A DNA stretch of 64,000 nucleotides from Candidatus Bathyarchaeota archaeon (GTDB taxonomy: Archaea; Thermoproteota; Bathyarchaeia; Bathyarchaeales; Bathycorpusculaceae), in assembly GCA_963832745.1 (NCBI GenBank), contig CAWHVC010000005.1:32001-96000 (forward strand), read 5' to 3'. A model generated the notes under the pieces. It made no database searches and had not been told where the DNA came from. It worked only from the letters and a program-made list of their open reading frames with translations. A program made the position numbers and the translations under genes. This document shows, piece after piece, positions 38,451 through 48,895 of the stretch. Each line of letters starts with the position of its first letter. The stretch's first letter is position 1.

Positions 38451-40415
38451 TTAAATTTTTAGGACAACCCGCCAGGCTTCTTCGAAGGCATTAAAGATTT
38501 TTCTTGGCGCGACACAGTCACCAATAGCATAAACCATCGGGGCAGCACCTGCATATTCTTTTGCATTTTTCGGTTTGAAACCTACCGCTGAAACTACAGT
38601 GTCAGCCTCAACTTCATGCTTTTGCCAAGAAGAATCAGAACAAACAACTTTGCCGCCTTTTATTTCATCCAAATGCCAACCAGTATGCACTTCAATGCAG
38701 GCTTCCATCAGTTTTTGAGTTAACGCCATTTGGCTTACCGGCTCCATGTCAACAAGGATATTGTCAAGCATTTCAACAATAACTGGCTGTTTTTTGAATT
38801 GCTGGGAAATATAAAGGGCTGTTTCAGCACCTACTAATCCGCCTCCGATAATGACGATTTTGTCGCCCACTGCTTGTTTGCCTATCAGTACATCAACGGC
38901 GTTAACGACGTTCATGTTCTCTGTTGGGACCATTAAAGAAACAGGGTCAGATCCACACGCAACTATAACGGCATCAGGGTTTAACGATTTTACTTGGTCA
39001 GGAGTCGCTTCAGTACCCAGTTTTACTTCTACGCCTAACTGGTTAACCTGCCGCAAAAGCCAATTAAAAAGCTGTTTAACGTCCCACTTAAACGCTGGCA
39101 CCGTACTCTCAAGCATGTGACCACCCAAAACCTGATTCTTCTCAAACAAGATTACCTTGTGCCCACGTAACGCTGCTACACGGGCCGCCTCCAAACCTGC
39201 TGGACCACCACCGACGATTACAACGGTTTTCTTGGGATCCGTCGGGGTGATTGCGAAGTCTTTTTCTCTGCCGCATTGGGGGTTAACTTCGCAACGTATT
39301 GCTTGACCAGTGAAAAACCGTGACAAGCAGCCTTCGTTTCCGCGTATGCATGGGCGAATGTCATCTTTTTTGCCTTCCGCCAATTTTTTAGGTATGTATG
39401 GGTCAGCAATTAGAGCGCGTCCAAGAGCAACTAAATCTGCTTTGCCTTCTTTTAACGCCTGCTCACCTTCATCCACATTAAGAGAACCAACCGTTAACAC
39501 TGGAACAGAAACCAGTTTTTTAATTGCCTCCGCGTAAGGAACGAGAAATGCCCTTGGAACATACACTGGCTGAATAAACTCGGGCAACGTCTCGTAAATC
39601 CCAGCGGTAACGTTGAGATAGTCTACGCCTGCGTTTGAAAGCATCCTTGCGAACAGGGCTGTTTCTTCAATGCGCAGTCCACAGGGCATGAACTCGTCTG
39701 CAGACATACGGTAACCCACAACAAAATCTTCACCAACCTTTTCCTTGACTCTTTGAAATGTTTCAAGTGCAAACAAGGCACGGTTTTCAAGTGAGCCGCC
39801 ATAAATGTCGGTGCGTTTGTTTGTTATTGGTGAAAGGAACTGGTCCATAAGGTAACCATGGGCACCGTGAAGTTCCACACCATCCAGCCCCGCCTGCTTT
39901 GCCCGTCTTGCAGCTTCAGCAAATGAATCCTGAATTAAATCAATCTCATCTAAGTCAAGCTCTCGAGGCATAACACCGAGAAATTGGCAGGGAACGGCTG
40001 ACGGCGCAACAGGTTGCAACCCCATCATGTTTGACGTGGTTTGATTGCCTGCATGACAAATCTGCAAGATTGCAGGCGCGCCTTCTGCGTGTATGGCTTC
40101 GGCAAGTTCGCTTAGCCCGGTTATCATGTGGTCGTTTTGGACGCCGAGTTGGCTTATGGCTGCTTTGCTTTCTGCCTCGTCGATAAAGCTGTATTCTAAA
40201 ATTATCATGCCTACGCCGCCTTTGGCTCGTTCAGTGTAGTATTTTATCATTTTTTGTGTAACTGACCCGTCAGGCCGGGCAAGGCGGGTACACATGGGAG
40301 CCATAACAAAACGGTTTTTTAAAGCTAAGTTTTTAAGATTAAAGGGTTCAAGTAATTTCCAATTATCCAACAAAAACACTTCCAGTTTACAAGATAAGAA
40401 AAAGAAATCAATCAT
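38451..40415 (-). CDS. NADH:flavin oxidoreductase (OYE family with Fe-S and FAD domains)
   Basis: NRFVMAPM, ELHGAHGYL, RTDIYGGSLENR, CIRGNEGC...CEVN, GGGPAGLE; likely start near 40370. Confidence 0.93.
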   Translation of the reverse strand: MIDFFFLSCKLEVFLLDNWKLLEPFNLKNLALKNRFVMAPMCTRLARPDGSVTQKMIKYYTERAKGGVGMIILEYSFIDEAESKAAISQLGVQNDHMITGLSELAEAIHAEGAPAILQICHAGNQTTSNMMGLQPVAPSAVPCQFLGVMPRELDLDEIDLIQDSFAEAARRAKQAGLDGVELHGAHGYLMDQFLSPITNKRTDIYGGSLENRALFALETFQRVKEKVGEDFVVGYRMSADEFMPCGLRIEETALFARMLSNAGVDYLNVTAGIYETLPEFIQPVYVPRAFLVPYAEAIKKLVSVPVLTVGSLNVDEGEQALKEGKADLVALGRALIADPYIPKKLAEGKKDDIRPCIRGNEGCLSRFFTGQAIRCEVNPQCGREKDFAITPTDPKKTVVIVGGGPAGLEAARVAALRGHKVILFEKNQVLGGHMLESTVPAFKWDVKQLFNWLLRQVNQLGVEVKLGTEATPDQVKSLNPDAVIVACGSDPVSLMVPTENMNVVNAVDVLIGKQAVGDKIVIIGGGLVGAETALYISQQFKKQPVIVEMLDNILVDMEPVSQMALTQKLMEACIEVHTGWHLDEIKGGKVVCSDSSWQKHEVEADTVVSAVGFKPKNAKEYAGAAPMVYAIGDCVAPRKIFNAFEEAWRVVLKI

Positions 40416-40524
40416 TGTTTGATTGGCACAGACTAATAAGAATTTGTGGCTACACTAATGAACAAAAAAGGTTTAGCTTAAAAGAAAGCAAAAAGAAAAA
40501 GAAGATTAGGCAAAGTTTAACCAG

Positions 40525-40749
40525 CTAATTCAGGCGCATCAAGTTAGCCTTGACTTTTTCGGCTAACGGAATACCTAAAGACTTCTCCAAACCCAAATAA
40601 ATGGCGGACGCAAGCTGTGGAATATCAGTTTTTTCCAGTGCCGAAGGTTCCTTACGTAATTGTTGCCTGCAGATTCTGTAAAGAAAGGCTTTAGCAGCTG
40701 GCCCTAAATCTTCGGCCATCACTGCCAAGATTTCTTGTTCCAGTGTCAT
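40525..40749 (-). CDS. small hypothetical protein
   Basis: 74 aa; ATGA overlap with the HAMP gene. Confidence 0.7.
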   Translation of the reverse strand: MTLEQEILAVMAEDLGPAAKAFLYRICRQQLRKEPSALEKTDIPQLASAIYLGLEKSLGIPLAEKVKANLMRLN

Positions 40750-41582
40750 TGCGTTGGTTCTGCCCCAGGTTCGTTGATTAATTCTTCTTGTAATCTAAAG
40801 GCGTTAATCATTCGTCTGAAGGCGTCGGTTAATTCGTCAATTTCGTCGCCGGTTTTTAGATTAATGTTTTCTTTGAGGTAATGCCGCTGGGTCATGTCGC
40901 CTAAGCTTACTTTGTGTGCAATTTCAACGAGTTTCTTAAGTGGAAGGGTGATGCGGTTTCCAATGGTTACTGCCAACACGACTGAGATGGCAGCTGTTAC
41001 TCCAATGAACACGACAGCTAGTATTGTGCTGAAAGCTGCATAGTTTTGGGATGCTGTTGTGGCTGCTGCAACGTTGTTCATTGTGATTGTTCTTACTTCT
41101 TGAAGTTTTGTGTCTGCTTGGGAAACTGCGTTCATCAGAACGGTTATTTGTGTCCATGTTTGGGATACTTGTTGGTCACCTGATAGGGAGCTGCTGCTTA
41201 TGATTGAGCTGATTTGTGTGATGGCTGGGTCTATCGTTTGTTTGTCTATGTTTACGACTTCGTTGAATTTTGCTAAAAGGTCGGGGTCATTTGCTAAGTC
41301 GGCTTGCAGGTTTGTTTGGGCTTCTACGATGATTTCTGCACTGTTGACCATTATTTGTTCGCCTTGTTCGGGGCTGTTCATTGTGTACATGATTGTGCCG
41401 AATTGTTTTTGGTCTAATCCTTGGGCGTATGCGTAGGCGTTGTTGTTGATGTCTACTTGTTTGTTTACTTGTGCTTCTAGGTTTTGCATTTGGGATGTGT
41501 TGTATGCAGTGGCTGCTCCTGCCGCTACAAATAGTGCTACTAGTATTAGGTATGAGAGGAGTAGTTTTCGTCTGATTTTCAT
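40746..41582 (-). CDS. membrane sensor-like protein: TM, helical extracellular domain, TM, HAMP; no output domain
   Basis: MKIRRKLLLSY start; ITLPLKKL...GD...DEIDELTDAFRRM HAMP, then stop. Confidence 0.85.
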   Translation of the reverse strand: MKIRRKLLLSYLILVALFVAAGAATAYNTSQMQNLEAQVNKQVDINNNAYAYAQGLDQKQFGTIMYTMNSPEQGEQIMVNSAEIIVEAQTNLQADLANDPDLLAKFNEVVNIDKQTIDPAITQISSIISSSSLSGDQQVSQTWTQITVLMNAVSQADTKLQEVRTITMNNVAAATTASQNYAAFSTILAVVFIGVTAAISVVLAVTIGNRITLPLKKLVEIAHKVSLGDMTQRHYLKENINLKTGDEIDELTDAFRRMINAFRLQEELINEPGAEPTQ

Positions 41583-41690
41583 TTTTTTCACCTTTGAGTG
41601 TAAGCTGAGTATTAAATATTGAGTCTCAATAAACAAATTAATAAAGCTTCGCGCACACATGCCCAACAAAAATACAAAACAAAAAAGAAG

Positions 41691-42098
41691 CTAAAAATTC
41701 TCCCGAACAATCATATCCAAAACAGCATCACAATCAACCGACCTATCCAAAAAAATACTAAGCTGATTCTCACCAACACTCAAACACAAAACACTCAACA
41801 AATCACCCCTCAAAACCACACTATTCAAAGGCCCAGCAGCAGTAGCCTCAAACAATTGAGAAGAAGAATCAAAAATCTCCGAAGACAACAAAGCAAAACC
41901 AAAAACATCCTCAGAAGTACACACATTAAACAGTGCCCTAACCGAATTTTTCAAAATAAAAGCTTCAACCCTATGAACCTTTTGAACCTCAGCAATAATT
42001 AACTGCAAACTATCAAAATCACGCTCAATTTCAACCCTATCATAAGGTACCTCATCGATTCTGAAAGAATCAGAAATTTCAACTGAACCATCAATCAT
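41691..42098 (-). CDS. roadblock/LC7-like protein
   Basis: VEAFIL...ALLSSEIFDSS...LNSVVLRG...VLCLSVGENQLSIF topology. Confidence 0.65.
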   Translation of the reverse strand: MIDGSVEISDSFRIDEVPYDRVEIERDFDSLQLIIAEVQKVHRVEAFILKNSVRALFNVCTSEDVFGFALLSSEIFDSSSQLFEATAAGPLNSVVLRGDLLSVLCLSVGENQLSIFLDRSVDCDAVLDMIVRENF

Positions 42099-42952
42099 CT
42101 TAAAATCTCCTTAAGCACAGGCTTCACTACAACAGATGAACCTTTATTTACACCCAAAACCGTTTGCAACTTATGAGAAACTTGAATTGCACCAGTACCC
42201 TCAAGTTTCGAATTCTTAATCGCCTGGAACTTGCAACGAACCGTCTTTTTTAATTGAACATCCGAAATAGAAACCTCGTCTATCGAATTTTCGCCATAGC
42301 GTTCTCTCCACTCACCGATTAAAGCCCGATCCAGCAACACTGAATCAAGGGAAGAAGAAACTACGCTAAAACCTGAAAAGTTTTCCACCCTAAACTTAGC
42401 CTCAGGAATATCTATCTTTGCTGGTTTGTTAAACAGTGCAGGTTCAGGCGTTGGCATAGGTGTTGGTGCAGAGTAGCCAGTTTGCATTGTTTGAGTGGGA
42501 TTACTTGAGGGGTTTGAGATGGGCAGGTCAATTGTTTTTGGTTTTGGCGGTTCAATTATTTGTGGATTACTGCTTTTTTCTTCTTTGCGTGAAACTACTT
42601 CTTGTATCACTTTTAGTGTTGTGGGAAACAGGATGTTGGTTAGACGGGTTATTTCTTTTTGGCTTATTTGGTTGGTTGCTATGGTTGCGAGGTAAATGTT
42701 TTCATGGCGGTTGAAGAAGATGCTTTGCCCAGTTCCTTTAAACGTTAACGATTCTATTCTGCCTATGATAGAGGCTTTTTGAGATAGTTTTTCGAAAGAA
42801 CCTGAAACTTGCTTAGCTAACTCGGTGTTTGTGGCGCGGTCTTTGGCTATTACTTGATTACTGTCGTCTAGAACCACAAGGCTGGATATGCCGGAATAGG
42901 CAGTTTTAATTTCATTCAGCGTTGTTTCAAGTGCTGAAACGTTTACTTCCAT
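42095..42952 (-). CDS. roadblock-like N-domain, Pro-rich linker and C-terminal beta-barrel-like domain
   Basis: GISSLVVLDDSNQVIA...IGRIESLTFKG; ends GAIQVSHKLQTVLGVNKGSSVVVKP; ATG 42952 (track 43033). Confidence 0.65.
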   Translation of the reverse strand: MEVNVSALETTLNEIKTAYSGISSLVVLDDSNQVIAKDRATNTELAKQVSGSFEKLSQKASIIGRIESLTFKGTGQSIFFNRHENIYLATIATNQISQKEITRLTNILFPTTLKVIQEVVSRKEEKSSNPQIIEPPKPKTIDLPISNPSSNPTQTMQTGYSAPTPMPTPEPALFNKPAKIDIPEAKFRVENFSGFSVVSSSLDSVLLDRALIGEWRERYGENSIDEVSISDVQLKKTVRCKFQAIKNSKLEGTGAIQVSHKLQTVLGVNKGSSVVVKPVLKEILR

Positions 42953-43134
42953 TTTTTCACTCTTGCCCCTTCTTTTCCTTGATGAGTTAGTTTCACTGGC
43001 AAGCATTATGCGGTAGGGTGCTAAATTGAGCAACTATTTAACCGACAATACTTCCTCAAGCAATATAGTAAGTCGCAAGTAATACGATACTAATAAATTA
43101 TACTGACGACCTGTACAACAAAAATACAAACAGC

Positions 43135-43557
43135 CTACAGGCCAAAAATTTGATTGACCAGCTCCTGACCACCCGGCTGCAGCCTTAACAATTCGATTAT
43201 CGCTTCAACATGCGACTTCTGACGAGTATGCGAAGGAGTATGGTCATCACCCGCCTTAAGGACATACAAAAAGTCTTCTTTAGGCAAACCCCACACCACA
43301 CCCACACGGTCACTGGACAAAACCTGCAAAAAACAATGATTAAGACTCTGCTTGGGCGTAGTAAATAGCCTGAAAGGTTTGTGCTGAGCCAAAGTGTAAG
43401 CAATTATGCCAGCGCTGTTTGAAGATGCCAACTTCTTAACTCTCAGCCAGAGGGTTTGGCAGGGTTGACTGCTGCATTTACGGCAGAATTGGCGGTCTTC
43501 TGGGTCAGCGTTTTTGTTCCATTGTTTGCAGAATCCGCGGTTTACTAAATAGGGCAA
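43135..43557 (-). CDS. hypothetical Cys-containing protein
   Basis: 140 aa ORF, CRKCSSQPC. Confidence 0.55.
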   Translation of the reverse strand: MPYLVNRGFCKQWNKNADPEDRQFCRKCSSQPCQTLWLRVKKLASSNSAGIIAYTLAQHKPFRLFTTPKQSLNHCFLQVLSSDRVGVVWGLPKEDFLYVLKAGDDHTPSHTRQKSHVEAIIELLRLQPGGQELVNQIFGL

Positions 43558-43698
43558 TAGGTGTTTCCCCTGTTTTGTTTGAATGCTTCATTAAGGTAGA
43601 GTTGGAAATATAAGTTTAAGCAGGTTTGCTTTTACTGAAAATATTTTGTTTTTTGATGGAGGGAACTGGTTTGTGGTTGGGAAATCCGTATAAGCAAG

Positions 43699-43716
43699 CT
43701 ATGACACGTGTCATAG
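43699..43716. promoter_or_regulatory. perfect 18-bp palindrome (putative operator)
   Basis: ctatgacacgtgtcatag between TATA-like gtataag and RBS gaggtg. Confidence 0.6.
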
Positions 43717-43729
43717 TGAGGTGGGTAAA

Positions 43730-43852
43730 GTGTTATCACGAGACTGTGATGGATGCAACCAACTAAACAACTGCAAACGCCGCTTCGACAAAGTCACCGT
43801 ATGGCAAAAAGTATTCTGCCCAGACGGAACCGCACACCTAGTCGACAGTTAA
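43730..43852 (+). CDS. 40-aa Cys-rich microprotein (not in track)
   Basis: gaggtg RBS, GTG start; MLSRDCDGCNQLNNCKRRFDKVTVWQKVFCPDGTAHLVDS*. Confidence 0.65.
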   Translation: MLSRDCDGCNQLNNCKRRFDKVTVWQKVFCPDGTAHLVDS

Positions 43853-43878
43853 ACCAATTGAAAAGCTATTACTTTAAA

Positions 43879-44970
43879 TCACCTTTTTTGGCGCCATCTA
43901 AAAAACAGTAAACTCAAAACAAATGCCAAAACAATTATGCCTGAACCGGCAGCAACAGTAATCGTCAATGCGGAAGGTTGATTGCTTGTTTGAGAGGCGG
44001 TTTGAAGAGATGTAGTTGGTTTTAGTGCTATCGCGTTCATGTTAACCTGTTGGGTGAATGGGTAATTGTCAGTGTTGTTTTGGTTAATAACATAGGTGCC
44101 CTCATTGTGGTAATCGCTCCAGTAGTTTCCTTGTTGGTTAAAGTCCCATTGATTTGAAAAACTAGCGTTTTCTGTCTCGGTTACCGATATAATTTCGGTC
44201 ATGCATACTTGCTGGGAATTGTTGATAAAATTGTTTAGGTGAAAAACGTTGTTTACTGGTAAAACGTCTGCTAGGCTATGTGAAGTATACTCAAAATTAA
44301 CCGCTAAGTTGGAGTTATTAATCGTGTTGCCCACAACTTCATTGCTTTGTCCATTAAAAATATGAATCCCCTCCTGATTGGACACTAACGAATTATTTGT
44401 TAGCCGGTTACAGCTTGAGAGGTCAAGGTCTACGCCATAGTTATTGTTGCGCAGTTCACTGTTTGACACTTGAATGTCTCCGCTTTGTGCAAAGTGTATC
44501 CCGTGATTGCACTTGCTGACCGTTACAGCATTTATTGTACAATTTGCGGCTTCAAGCAGTCCTACCCCATAATTGAACCCAACAATCGCCACGTTTTTGA
44601 CCAAAACATTGTAATGGTACATGATTGCAATGCCATACTCCAAAAGACCACCGCCACCACAATTAATTAAATGATTATTTCCATCAAATACGATTCCGTC
44701 ACAAGTTATGGCAATAGAATAACCCGAAATGTCCTGAGTTAAAAAATAGGCACGGTCGTCCTGACCGATTAGACCTTTATCTTCAGTAAGGGCACCACCA
44801 TTTGAATAATACTGGATTCCATCCTTAGAAATTGATATTAACGGATAGTACGGGTTAGTGCTAAATGGGTTAGCTTCGACTAAAGGCAAAGATGAAAAAA
44901 CGAATAAGACCGCAAGCGTCGTGACCAAGATTACGCTTAAAGCTTGCTTCACTGGTTTCACTTCAAACAT
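43879..44970 (-). CDS. NosD/parallel beta-helix cell-surface protein with C-terminal TM anchor
   Basis: Signal peptide, Asn-rich PbH repeats, GNYWSDY, DNYP, TM plus basic tail. Confidence 0.88.
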   Translation of the reverse strand: MFEVKPVKQALSVILVTTLAVLFVFSSLPLVEANPFSTNPYYPLISISKDGIQYYSNGGALTEDKGLIGQDDRAYFLTQDISGYSIAITCDGIVFDGNNHLINCGGGGLLEYGIAIMYHYNVLVKNVAIVGFNYGVGLLEAANCTINAVTVSKCNHGIHFAQSGDIQVSNSELRNNNYGVDLDLSSCNRLTNNSLVSNQEGIHIFNGQSNEVVGNTINNSNLAVNFEYTSHSLADVLPVNNVFHLNNFINNSQQVCMTEIISVTETENASFSNQWDFNQQGNYWSDYHNEGTYVINQNNTDNYPFTQQVNMNAIALKPTTSLQTASQTSNQPSALTITVAAGSGIIVLAFVLSLLFFRWRQKR

Positions 44971-45052
44971 ATTTTTCTTTAATTGCTTAATAATCTTTCA
45001 ACAAAACTATTTTTTAACTAACTCTTATCTTAAAAGCAGAAATTTAAATGAT

Positions 45053-45616
45053 CTATAAAGGGATTGGTGGGTAGTATGTAAGTTGGTAAGAATGTAGTAG
45101 TGGATAGAAGATATAAGCAGGCATAAGGTGATAGTTGGAATTGTTGGTGTGGAGATTGGGTTGTAGTTGGGTTTGGTGTAGGTTGTGGATGGGTGGGTTG
45201 ATATGTATAAACTGTATGGTGTTAACGTAGGACAAATATTTGGGGTTGTCGCTTCTTTGATTTAGTATAATAGAATAGATAGATATTGAGCTTAGGAAGA
45301 TTTGGTAAGTTGGCGTAATGCTGTGCGTTACTACGTGTAATTGTCCGTCACTGACTAAATGGACTGAGCTATTGTACAATCCATCGATACTGTAATTCAT
45401 TGATATTTGAGGGTCTAATTGACTCATGACGCCTGCGCTAATGTTATGTTCAAAGCAATATTGGTGTTGTAATAGGTTGTGTTTACAGGCGAATATACTG
45501 TTACGCTAGAGTCAAACGTAACAGCATCGGTGGAATCAGCTTTGGCAGGGCATAGATAGAATAAAGTAAAGAAGTAATAAGGAGAAAACTGTTATTGAGG
45601 TAAGTACTCTTTTCAT
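45053..45616 (-). pseudogene. fragmented secreted/surface protein
   Basis: Signal peptide from ATG 45616, VTVYSPVNTTY, MNYSIDG, then P/T-rich sequence; several frame breaks. Confidence 0.45.
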
Positions 45617-45699
45617 TTGGCATCAGTAACTGAATTATTACAGGTTCCTAATAGTTCTCCCAGGAACAGCTATGCAAAAGAACGGTTAATACCAGTATC

Positions 45700-46520
45700 T
45701 TTACAACCAAAGGGTAAGGGTACACCTGTCAGGGGAAAAGGTGTCATTATTTCAAGTTTGGGTTTTTTCGATGCTTCAAAAAGCAAAACTGCGACTACAA
45801 CAATTACAATAATTACAACTGCTACTTCAAGGCTAAGGTGCTTGTAGCAACAAAAAAAGTGACAGCTTGTTTATCAGTATAGCCGAATGTGTCATTAGCT
45901 AACGTAAGTTGATGAATCCACCGGATAGTTGTGGTAGTGTGGTATTGCATAAAGCGTTATGTTGTCTTTTCCGTAAGACTGTATCCCATCATCCTGCAAT
46001 GTAACTGTAAAGTCTAAAGTCACGTTGGATTCCAAGTAAGGCATGCTTGAAGGTGACAAATATTCACTTCCATAGGAACGCTTGATAGTATAATTGATAT
46101 CATTGAGGCGCATAGGGTTTTCAACAAATAAATATAATTGCAGAACAGGGTATTGTAAAACACCTGAGGTTGAAGCAGTAAAATTAAAAGAGCTTCTGTG
46201 TTGGGGTAAAAATCGTAAAGCGTGTTATAATTAGCTCTTCAATTTTACTCCCACACGATAAGTCGTTGGTTTCCATTATTGAAGACATCAGGATAATAAT
46301 GAAAATTGGTGACGTTGAAATAGCCTTCAACATAATCACCTTCCAATAATTGCAACCGTAATAAGACTATTTTCTCAGGAACCAAAGTAAAATTTTCATA
46401 TATTACATGCGTAAATTCAGTGGCGGAACTCTCAAACGCTGATTGAGCAGTTACACCTTCACTAACCATTAGCTTAGGGTTGAGAAAGCAATTAGAATCA
46501 GCACTATAGCAAGAGCTTTA
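45700..46520 (-). pseudogene. fragmented exported protein with C-terminal TM (boundaries approximate)
   Basis: Track fragments 46245-46469 and 45895-46113 are co-linear, with signal-like sequence upstream and hydrophobic VVIIVIVVVAVLLF downstream. Confidence 0.45.
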
Positions 46521-47366
46521 TTCAAAATAGCATGCTTACACATGCATTGTTTTTATGATAAAAGGTTTGCAGTAAAACATTCTTGACTAAGGTTAGTAAA
46601 GGTTTCTTGACCTAACAAGAAGCCCTGCCAAACAAAGTTATTTTTGGTCCTGTTTTTCCACTTTGGTAACTAACTCCTAATGCTACAAATGGTAAGAAAA
46701 AATGGTTTCACTATAATCTCAAAAAATCAGCAAGTAACAACAAAATTAGTCCACAACAGATAAAATGCACCGTAACGGCTAAACAACAATGCTATTGCAG
46801 TAATACTTCTTTCCAAGTTAGCCTTAGTTTTCTTCAAGTAAGCGTTTATGGCGAATATGAAAGCAGGATCGCAAATATAAAACATAAGTTATCGTTAGAA
46901 ATATTGGCTACTAATAATAAAAGCAGAATAAGTAAAATAGTGAAGAATCAAGAAGACTAAAACCTGACCAATCAACCAAACTATTGCGTATCTACGCCTT
47001 AATTTTAAAAGATGAGAGTGCTTATCTTGATTACTTGCCATAAACTAAGTAATATTGCATTATAAAAGAACTTTTTTGAAATAAAATCAAGTTAACGGTA
47101 AATATAATAATAAACGTCTAATCGTAAAGCGATAGAGGGTACATGTTCATCCAGCTAATGGGGCATAGTTGGTTAACACATGTCTTTTCCTCATATAGGG
47201 GTACTCTCTGCTAAGAAAAGGGTAACTTGTTATTCTTCTTGATTGGTTTCTTCAGGGATATGGGTCATCAAAGAGCACCAACCGGCATAATTTCAAAAAA
47301 GCCTCTTGCAACACTTTTCAGCGCACTGTTGATTATTTGGAGAGATTTTTATGTCTTCTCAAAGAA

Positions 47367-47512
47367 TTAGGTGGTGTTTTTTTCTTTTGTATTTTGTATT
47401 AGCCATAGTATTGCGTCGTCGTAGGTGGTTTCTTTGCCTGTTTTGGAGGTGATGAGTCCTTTTATTTTGGTTAGTTCGGTGTGTGTGGTGTCGTTTATTT
47501 GAGGGTTCTCAT
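47367..47512 (-). CDS. small RHH/antitoxin-like DNA-binding protein (1-nt indel)
   Basis: Adding one A to the run gives MRTLKINDTTHTELTKIKGLITSKTGKETTYDDAILWLI. Confidence 0.6.
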
Positions 47513-47625
47513 TGGGTGGCCTTATTGCCTATAGGGTGGAATTGTTATTAATGGTTGCTATCAATCGTTACTAATGATAAGTAATAAATACTAACAGTGC
47601 CTAACAAGACTACCAGTGAACGCTA

Positions 47626-47901
47626 ATGGTAAAAATACTACATAAAACTAGACAAACAAACCTACCAAACACTACAACAAATCCAAAAAAACCTCCAAAC
47701 CCTCACAACCTACTCGAAAACATAGAAATCGAAATAGACGAAGAAGAAAGAAGCAACCAGCCCCTCCAAACCAAATCACAAGACACATACCCGACCACGG
47801 GCCTAGCTGGTTGTGGCAGTTTGCATAATCCGCTTGCAACCCACAAAAACCGCAGACACGAAAACACAAACCCCTGCAAGGCCCTTTGGTTGGTGTGCTA
47901 A
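47626..47901 (+). CDS. hypothetical protein, divergent from the RHH-like gene
   Basis: 91 aa ORF, low complexity, possibly frameshifted. Confidence 0.3.
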   Translation: MVKILHKTRQTNLPNTTTNPKKPPNPHNLLENIEIEIDEEERSNQPLQTKSQDTYPTTGLAGCGSLHNPLATHKNRRHENTNPCKALWLVC

Positions 47902-47945
47902 GGGAAATTACCAACAAAAAAAGAAACGGTTTAAGTAAAGTTTGA

Positions 47946-47970
47946 GTGCAGAGAGTGGGATTTAAAGCCC
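47946..47970 (-). repeat. degenerate copy of tRNA-Leu 3' end (old att site)
   Basis: gtgcagagagtgggatttaaagccc vs tRNA-derived gtgcagggggtgggatttgaaccc. Confidence 0.5.
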
Positions 47971-48790
47971 CAACAAGTGGAGTCGCCCACAACTCCATTT
48001 TTCTCATTATTTTTTAATGTCAATAATTTGCATATTTAACGTGTATAATATCGAGAGTTTGCCACACTTAAAGAAAGTAGTTCTAAACACCAATACTTGA
48101 GGATTAGCTGTGTCTTGTTTGGAGATTACGGTCAGGTTGGCAAGTCATGACAGTAAATTCAGAGAAAAGAACTATTTAACAGAGTTAGTTATTTTTTTGG
48201 TGCCTCTCCATTTGAAACGGGGAAAAATGTTTCAATTCTTTTGGTATTTTGATTTTTCTTTTTAACCTCTTTGGTTCTATAATCAAAGTTTGTTTTGATT
48301 TTTAAGTCGTTTACTTTTGCTTTTTTCGATGTCATTTCTTTTCTACCTCTAAAGATTTTTTGTTTCGAAGAATTGATTTCTTATCGAGCATGGATCTCTA
48401 TTGCTGCCTCATCTGAGGCGATAGTGTATAAGCAATTACGGTTTTGCATATTTTCCCAGGGGCGGTTTACCTTTTGGGAAAATCTACATCTTCGCGGCGT
48501 TAGGCATTTTTGCCCAAATTAACGCTTCACCCAACCTTCTTTTCTTCTCTTAGACGAGCTTTGCCAGAATCACATGTTTCATTAAATACATGTGATCAAA
48601 GAATCCCATAAACCAATAGAGCCAGAGCCATTCTTTTAAATCATTCTATACAAGAAAAATTTCACGTATATACGTGTCCATCTAATTTTATTCTTGTACA
48701 CAATGGCATAGGCGAACATAGTTGGCACCAAGCCTTAAATAAAATTGAGTGAAACTCACCCGAAAAAAAACTCCTATAGTTTTGTATTGT

Positions 48791-48815
48791 TGGTGCAGGG
48801 GGGGGATTTGAACCC
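48791..48815 (-). repeat. att site: direct repeat of tRNA-Leu 3' end
   Basis: tggtgcag(g-run)atttgaaccc matches 53211-53235, including the CCA end. Confidence 0.85.
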
Positions 48816-48895
48816 TGTCGCCCGTGGAGAAATCACCCGCCCTCTTTCCTTTTTTCTTTACTATTGCAAATTAGGGCTTCTATTATGCCTAAAAA

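Noticed and set aside
41619-42002. 127-aa + strand K/Q/N-rich ORF
   Set aside because: Antisense shadow of the roadblock gene caused by A/C skew.
40525-43033. Calling the roadblock cluster a conservon or chemotaxis operon
   Set aside because: No GTPase, kinase domain, MCP signalling domain or Che genes.
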